The position numbers and the translations under genes were made by a program. Source: an uncultured Methanosarcinales archaeon (GTDB taxonomy: Archaea; Nanobdellota; Nanobdellia; Woesearchaeales; ARS49). Taken from it: a stretch of DNA of 29,337 nt. Location of the stretch: contig CAZWVL010000011.1 of assembly GCA_964637115.1 (NCBI GenBank), positions 2,114-31,450 of the forward strand, given 5' to 3'. The notes under the pieces are model-generated. The model was not told the DNA's origin. It was given only the letters and a program-made list of their open reading frames with translations, and did not search any database. How positions within the stretch are numbered: position 1 is the first letter of the stretch; each line of letters opens with the position of its first letter. Below are positions 24,714 to 29,337 of this stretch, piece after piece.

Positions 24714-26321
24714 TTAAACCTTCTGCTTGACGACAGCCTGCACAAAACCCAAGAATAGCGGATTTGGATTTTCCAGTCTTGAAGTTAGTTCATTGTGAGC
24801 TTGAGTTGCGACAAAAAATGGATGTTTTGAAAGCTCAATATATTCTACAAGACGCTTGTTCTCTGAAACGCCAGAGAAAATCATACCGTGCTTAAGCAAA
24901 ATATCGTGATATTTTGGATTAACTTCGTATCTGTGCCTGTGTCTCTCCCAAGCTTCGTCTGCATTGTAAAGTTTTTGAACAATAGAACCTTTTTGCAAAA
25001 CTGCCTTGCACGCGCCCAGTCGCATAGTACCGCCCTTTGCGGTTATGGTGCGCTGCTCTGGAATGTAATCAATGATAGGATCAGGAGTTTTTTCATCTAT
25101 TTCAGTTGTGTGAGCTGCTTTTAGATTGCAGACATCTCTTGCAAACTCAACAACTGCAAGCTGAAGACCATAACAAATGCCGAGGAAAGGAATATTATGT
25201 TCACGGACGTACTTTATAATTGCAATTTTACCTTCAACACCACGCGAGCCAAAACCGCCCGGAATAAGAACACCGTCAACACCTTTCAGGGCTTCTTCCA
25301 CAGGGATTTTGTCCTGCTCAATATCCGTTGTTTCAATCCATTTCAGATTAACGTGAGCATCACAATGCGCGCCGGCGTGCGTTAACGCTTCAGAAATACT
25401 GGCATAGCTGTCCTTGAGCTCAGTATATTTTCCGCAAACAGCAACAGTAACCTCCTTCTTAGGAGACTTAATCCTGTTGACTAATTTCTCCCATTCAGTC
25501 AAGTCCTCCTTGAAATCAAGCTTAAGTTTTTCCTTAATGCGGTCAAGCAAACCTTCCTTCTTGAACATCAAAGGAATCTCGTAAATGCTCTCAATGTCCT
25601 TGCCGCTAATCACTTCGTTTGTAGGAACATCACAGAACAATGCAATCTTTTCTTTCAACTTTACAGAAAGCGAGTTTTTGCTTCTGCAAATAATAATGTC
25701 AGGAGAAATCCCCTTTTCCCTCAACAGTGCAATGTCTCTCTGTGCAGGCTTGGTCTTAGCCTCACCAACGCTATCAAGGAATGGAACATAAGTCAAATGA
25801 ATGTAAATGACATTGTCCTGGCCGACCTGCTTTTTCAACTGTCTGGCGGCTTCAATGAACCAAGAGTTTTCAATGTCACCAACTGTACCGCCTATTTCTA
25901 TAGTCATAATGTCAGGTTTTTCTTGATCAACAATTTCCTTCCACCAGCGCTTAATTTCATCCGTAATATGAGGAAAGATTTGAATGGTCTTGCCAAGATA
26001 CTGGCCTTCACGCTCCTTTGCTATGACGCGGCTGAAAACTTTTCCTGACGTAAGATTCCAACTGGACTTGCACGTTACGCCAATAAAGCGCTCATAATGG
26101 CCAAAGTCCATGTCAACCTCGCCACCATCAGCAAGAACAAAGACTTCACCGTGCTCAACGGGATTCATAGTGCCAGGGTCAACGTTCAGATAACCGTCAC
26201 ACTTTATTGTAACAATCTTATGATGGTCCTTCAGAAGGCGGCCAATGGCAGCAGTTGCAGTACCTTTACCTAAACCAGAAAGAACTCCGCCGGTAACAAC
26301 AATATATTTTGTTTGGTGCAC
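24714..26321 (-). CDS. pyrG: CTP synthase
   Basis: 'TGGVLSGLGKG', 'DGYLNVDPGTM', 'EIGGTVGDIE', 'PGGFG.RG', 'GICYGLQ', 'RHRHRYE', 'HNE' triad. Confidence 0.97.
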   Translation of the reverse strand: MHQTKYIVVTGGVLSGLGKGTATAAIGRLLKDHHKIVTIKCDGYLNVDPGTMNPVEHGEVFVLADGGEVDMDFGHYERFIGVTCKSSWNLTSGKVFSRVIAKEREGQYLGKTIQIFPHITDEIKRWWKEIVDQEKPDIMTIEIGGTVGDIENSWFIEAARQLKKQVGQDNVIYIHLTYVPFLDSVGEAKTKPAQRDIALLREKGISPDIIICRSKNSLSVKLKEKIALFCDVPTNEVISGKDIESIYEIPLMFKKEGLLDRIKEKLKLDFKEDLTEWEKLVNRIKSPKKEVTVAVCGKYTELKDSYASISEALTHAGAHCDAHVNLKWIETTDIEQDKIPVEEALKGVDGVLIPGGFGSRGVEGKIAIIKYVREHNIPFLGICYGLQLAVVEFARDVCNLKAAHTTEIDEKTPDPIIDYIPEQRTITAKGGTMRLGACKAVLQKGSIVQKLYNADEAWERHRHRYEVNPKYHDILLKHGMIFSGVSENKRLVEYIELSKHPFFVATQAHNELTSRLENPNPLFLGFVQAVVKQKV

Positions 26322-26417
26322 AATTTAGAAAGTATTGAATACTTTAAAAAGTTTTTGATACTGCAAAACAGAGATAACAAAGCAAAAATTATATACGACA
26401 GCATATTTTTTAACGTC

Positions 26418-27332
26418 GTGATATCAATTTATTGTTCTGAAAAGCTGGACGGAGTGGCTGCAGCAGCAATTATCATGCGCCACGCAATTCTTGGAAAGCT
26501 CCCTGTGCACTTCGGGGGATTTTTGCATCCAGATGCACTTGATGAAGAGCTGGCTGATATGGCAAATGATGAACACAAACTGGTTTTCGTGCTTGATATC
26601 GGCGTGATGCCGGAACACCTGCCGTTAATAGAGAAAGCCAGCCAAAAAAACAAGATTGTCTATTGGAACACGCACGATGCAGATAGCATAATTCCTCCAG
26701 CAAAAATCTTTGACTGCGCTGTCGAGAATAAATGTTCTGCAGAACTTGCCCAGCAGCGCTTTCTGCCAAATGACTCTATCGCAAAAAAGCTTGCGCAATT
26801 GGCGCATGAAATGAAGTTCTGGCAGATACAGGACGAAACCGCTGCAAGACTGTCGGACTTAATTGCTGCCGGCTATAATCCGCTCGAGCTTCTTGACTCA
26901 ATGGCACGAGGAGCATTCTGGAACCCGAAATTCGAAGAATTCCACAAAGAACTGCTCGAGAAAAAATTAGAAGCGTTTGATGAGCTTCTGAAATCACTTA
27001 TTGTAAAGTCGTATGTTAACTATCGCTTCGGCTTTGCAATGGCATCCTCGATCCTTACAACTGCAGACGCCTGTCAAAAAGTCCTTGATGGCCATGCCGG
27101 CATTGATGTGGCTGTTGTTTTATACAGAGACGGGAGAATAGGCTTCAGAAGAAGAGACGAGTGCGACGTAAACGTCAAGGAACTAGCAGTGCTGTTCAAA
27201 GGAGGAGGAATGCCGTTTGCCGCCGGCGCAAAACTCAGAATGCAGATATCAAAAGAAAACCTGCCAGAAGTATTGTTCTATCTTGACCAAGCGTTCAAGA
27301 ATTTCTTTGTGGGAATTAAGACAGTTGCATAA
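26418..27332 (+). CDS. DHH/DHHA1-fold protein with degenerate catalytic motifs
   Basis: 'SEKLDGVAAAAI' (motif I-like), 'VLDIG', 'WNTH' in place of DHH, DHHA1 'FKGGGMPFAAG'. GTG 26418 chosen from the TATA at 26389-26395. Confidence 0.8.
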   Translation: MISIYCSEKLDGVAAAAIIMRHAILGKLPVHFGGFLHPDALDEELADMANDEHKLVFVLDIGVMPEHLPLIEKASQKNKIVYWNTHDADSIIPPAKIFDCAVENKCSAELAQQRFLPNDSIAKKLAQLAHEMKFWQIQDETAARLSDLIAAGYNPLELLDSMARGAFWNPKFEEFHKELLEKKLEAFDELLKSLIVKSYVNYRFGFAMASSILTTADACQKVLDGHAGIDVAVVLYRDGRIGFRRRDECDVNVKELAVLFKGGGMPFAAGAKLRMQISKENLPEVLFYLDQAFKNFFVGIKTVA

Positions 27333-27364
27333 CTTTTATATAGCAACTATCGAACTGTTAGCAT

Positions 27365-27907
27365 ATGATATTCACACTCAAAGAACTCTTTGATGTTCTC
27401 ATCATGACTTTAGCTGTAGGCTACATCTTCATGGACTTGTTTAGAAAACAGCCGATCGGCTTTGACAAGAACGCATTCTTTTTTGCCTGTCTTGTGACAG
27501 CTCCTGCATTAATCGTGCACGAACTCGCACACAAATTTATCGCATTAAGTTTTGGCCTTGGAGCAACATTCCACGCGGCATATTTCTGGCTCGCATTAGG
27601 AATAATTCTAAAAATGCTGCGCTTTGGATTCATATTCTTTGTTCCTGCTTATGTGAGTATTGGCCAGGGAGTAGCAGTTCCTCCGTTGTCATTCGCGCTT
27701 ATCGCTTTCGCCGGTCCTGCATTAAATCTTGCTTTATTCATAGTTGCATGGGCTTTGCTGAAACAAAGAAGATTGAAAAGAAACACTTTCATATTTCTAC
27801 AGGTAACCAAGCAGATAAATCTGTTCCTGTTCATATTCAACATGCTACCCATTCCATTCTTCGACGGCATGAAAGTGTATCAAGGATTGTATAACGCATT
27901 CTTTTGA
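27365..27907 (+). CDS. M50 family (site-2 protease-like) intramembrane metalloprotease
   Basis: 'IVHELAHK' (HExxH), 'AFAGPALN', 'NMLPIPFFDG' (NxxPxxxxDG). Confidence 0.9.
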   Translation: MIFTLKELFDVLIMTLAVGYIFMDLFRKQPIGFDKNAFFFACLVTAPALIVHELAHKFIALSFGLGATFHAAYFWLALGIILKMLRFGFIFFVPAYVSIGQGVAVPPLSFALIAFAGPALNLALFIVAWALLKQRRLKRNTFIFLQVTKQINLFLFIFNMLPIPFFDGMKVYQGLYNAFF

Positions 27908-27910
27908 GAA

Positions 27911-28516
27911 TTACTTCATAATCTTATACCATTGGAACAAGATGCGGTCAACGCTTTTCAACAAGTCAAGCTCATGGCCAGACAACGTAATGCAATCTCC
28001 ATCTAAAGTTACTTGAGTTGGGGCTTTAGGCACTAAGTAGATTACAGAAGCATTGTCCTGACAGGTAACAATTGGACGATTTGCACAAGCCTCTGTCAAG
28101 TTCTTAGTGCAAGCCGCTTCAACAGTAAAGTTCAAGGCACGCACAACGTTTAAGGTGAGTTCAGACGCTGCAAGGGCCAGATACTTGTATTCTTCCTTGT
28201 CAGCTTCCGGATCAAAAGTAATGTAGATTGGCGGCTTTCTGAAACCAGTAAAGCTGCCGGCGATTGTAACGTCTTCTACTTGAGTTGGATTGAAACGGAA
28301 CGCGGCACGATACACTTGATTACGAAGCTCTATGTTGGTCTCCCACAAGCCGCCAAGCTCCTCAAATGTGAAGTAATCATATTCAACTTTGTTTGTTTCC
28401 GACTGTTTACCTTTCAGGCCGAACAAGAGGAAGAGAAGGACTGCAATAAATGCTATAGTTCCAATTACGTAGAAATACTTTGTTTCCTTGTTCAGCTTTG
28501 GAATTTCTTCAGTCAT
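27911..28516 (-). CDS. Uncharacterised single-pass membrane protein (paralog B)
   Basis: N-terminal TM helix, 'YITFDP', Cys-containing C-terminal domain; similar to 28513-29076. Confidence 0.8.
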   Translation of the reverse strand: MTEEIPKLNKETKYFYVIGTIAFIAVLLFLLFGLKGKQSETNKVEYDYFTFEELGGLWETNIELRNQVYRAAFRFNPTQVEDVTIAGSFTGFRKPPIYITFDPEADKEEYKYLALAASELTLNVVRALNFTVEAACTKNLTEACANRPIVTCQDNASVIYLVPKAPTQVTLDGDCITLSGHELDLLKSVDRILFQWYKIMK

Positions 28517-29076
28517 GACATTACGCCGAGAACAGCATAGACAAGACGCTCAGTTTCCTGATAAAGGTCAGAAGCATCCAATGCCTGCACTTTGATGCAA
28601 TTGCCCTCCGCCCTTATTATAGACTGATTGCTCTGCAGCAGTTCAATAACAGGCTGTGCTTCAGTTGCCTCTGCACAGGTTTTCAACGGCAATTCAATAC
28701 TCTCATATTTGTTAGTAACCGCACGGTCTATCATTTTAACATCAGATAATTGCGTTTCAAGATAATACTGCGCTTCGCCAAAATTTGAAGCCAAAGTGCT
28801 ATTCGGGTTATAAGTAACAGTAAGAACCGGTTTTTGCAATAACAGTTTTACGTCCTCTGGAATTTGAATGTACTCAACGTCTCTCGGAAAGAAAATGAAA
28901 GTGTGCTGTTTTCCATCAATCTTGGCAACATACTGCTGGTTGACCAATTTAAATTTCAAACCGTTATATTTTAACGTTGTAGAAGGCCCAACAGCCAAAT
29001 CAACAACAACCAACGCAACAGTGCTCAAAACCATAATGCCAATAATGGCCAATCCCATAAGCTTCTTTGACTCCAT
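28513..29076 (-). CDS. Uncharacterised single-pass membrane protein (paralog A)
   Basis: N-terminal TM or signal helix, 'TVTYNP', 'KTC..A....PVI.L', 'GNCI'; ATGA coupling to paralog B; TATA about 23-30 nt upstream. Confidence 0.8.
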   Translation of the reverse strand: MESKKLMGLAIIGIMVLSTVALVVVDLAVGPSTTLKYNGLKFKLVNQQYVAKIDGKQHTFIFFPRDVEYIQIPEDVKLLLQKPVLTVTYNPNSTLASNFGEAQYYLETQLSDVKMIDRAVTNKYESIELPLKTCAEATEAQPVIELLQSNQSIIRAEGNCIKVQALDASDLYQETERLVYAVLGVMS

Positions 29077-29154
29077 AGCGTCGATGCGGAAGAACGGGTT
29101 TAAAAAAGTTGTGTACGCAAAACTTTATATACGATACTCTTGGAAAGCAATACT

Positions 29155-29313
29155 ATGAAGTGCGATATTTGCGGCAAAACAACGGCGGAAACGTTCCTTA
29201 AGAAGATTATTGGAAGCTATGTAAAGGATGAAAAAGGTAAGTTGCACCCTGTTTGCCGGGAATGCCAGAAGAAATTAGGCAACAAAAACGAAATCTTAAA
29301 AAATCTGAAATAA
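29155..29313 (+). CDS. 52-aa zinc-finger microprotein (CxxC...CxxC), below the ORF-track cutoff
   Basis: MKCDICGKTTAETFLKKIIGSYVKDEKGKLHPVCRECQKKLGNKNEILKNLK; TATA TTTATATA at about 29124-29131. Confidence 0.8.
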   Translation: MKCDICGKTTAETFLKKIIGSYVKDEKGKLHPVCRECQKKLGNKNEILKNLK

Positions 29314-29318
29314 TCCAC

Positions 29319-29337
29319 GCCTCCGTAGCTTAGTAGC
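29319..29337 (+). tRNA. 5' end of a probable tRNA cut by the window edge (isotype not determinable)
   Basis: GCCTCCG-TA-GCTT-AG matches acceptor 5' strand, U8-A9, D-stem and A14-G15; only 19 nt visible. Confidence 0.6.

Noticed and set aside
24790-24810. CTP synthase 'QAHNE' instead of the usual 'QFHPE'
   Set aside because: The catalytic His and Glu and the nucleophilic Cys are retained, so it is probably a neutral variant.
26313-26417. Longer start for the DHH-like ORF
   Set aside because: Overlaps the pyrG start and promoter; the TATA at 26389-26395 supports GTG 26418.
1-29337. CRISPR array, integrase, transposase or prophage; alternative genetic code
   Set aside because: No regularly spaced repeats or mobile-element proteins were recognised, and TAA, TAG and TGA all terminate conserved genes at the expected positions.

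Overview
Compact, gene-dense archaeal DNA, most consistent with a DPANN archaeon such as Woesearchaeota. The archaeal call rests on aRF1, Rpo12, L37Ae, prefoldin beta, archaeal YchF and SecDF, an archaeal-type 5S rRNA and TATA boxes about 23-31 nt upstream of many start codons; the DPANN call is inference from the compact layout and shortened genes. Housekeeping genes are interspersed with four accessory blocks: (i) a three-gene split ATP-citrate lyase (citryl-CoA synthetase beta and alpha plus citryl-CoA lyase), followed on the same strand by a sensor-GAF-GGDEF diguanylate cyclase with an intact active site and a C39-like cysteine peptidase; (ii) a surface-glycan locus (SDR epimerase, ugd, UDP-xylose synthase, flippase, three converging SAM methyltransferases, and a separate gmd); (iii) three tandem paralogous uncharacterised genes and a second pair of paralogous membrane-anchored genes; (iv) several intergenic hairpins, including a perfect four-way junction at 76-160. 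Also seen: a P-loop kinase gene flanked by a duplicated 3' end of a half-length NFACT/Rqc2 gene (an insertion scar), a degenerate DHH protein, a shortened stand-alone 5S rRNA, an unannotated 52-aa zinc-finger gene and the 5' end of a tRNA at the right edge. No CRISPR array, integrase or transposase was found. All assignments come from motif recognition by eye; no searches or folding programs were run.
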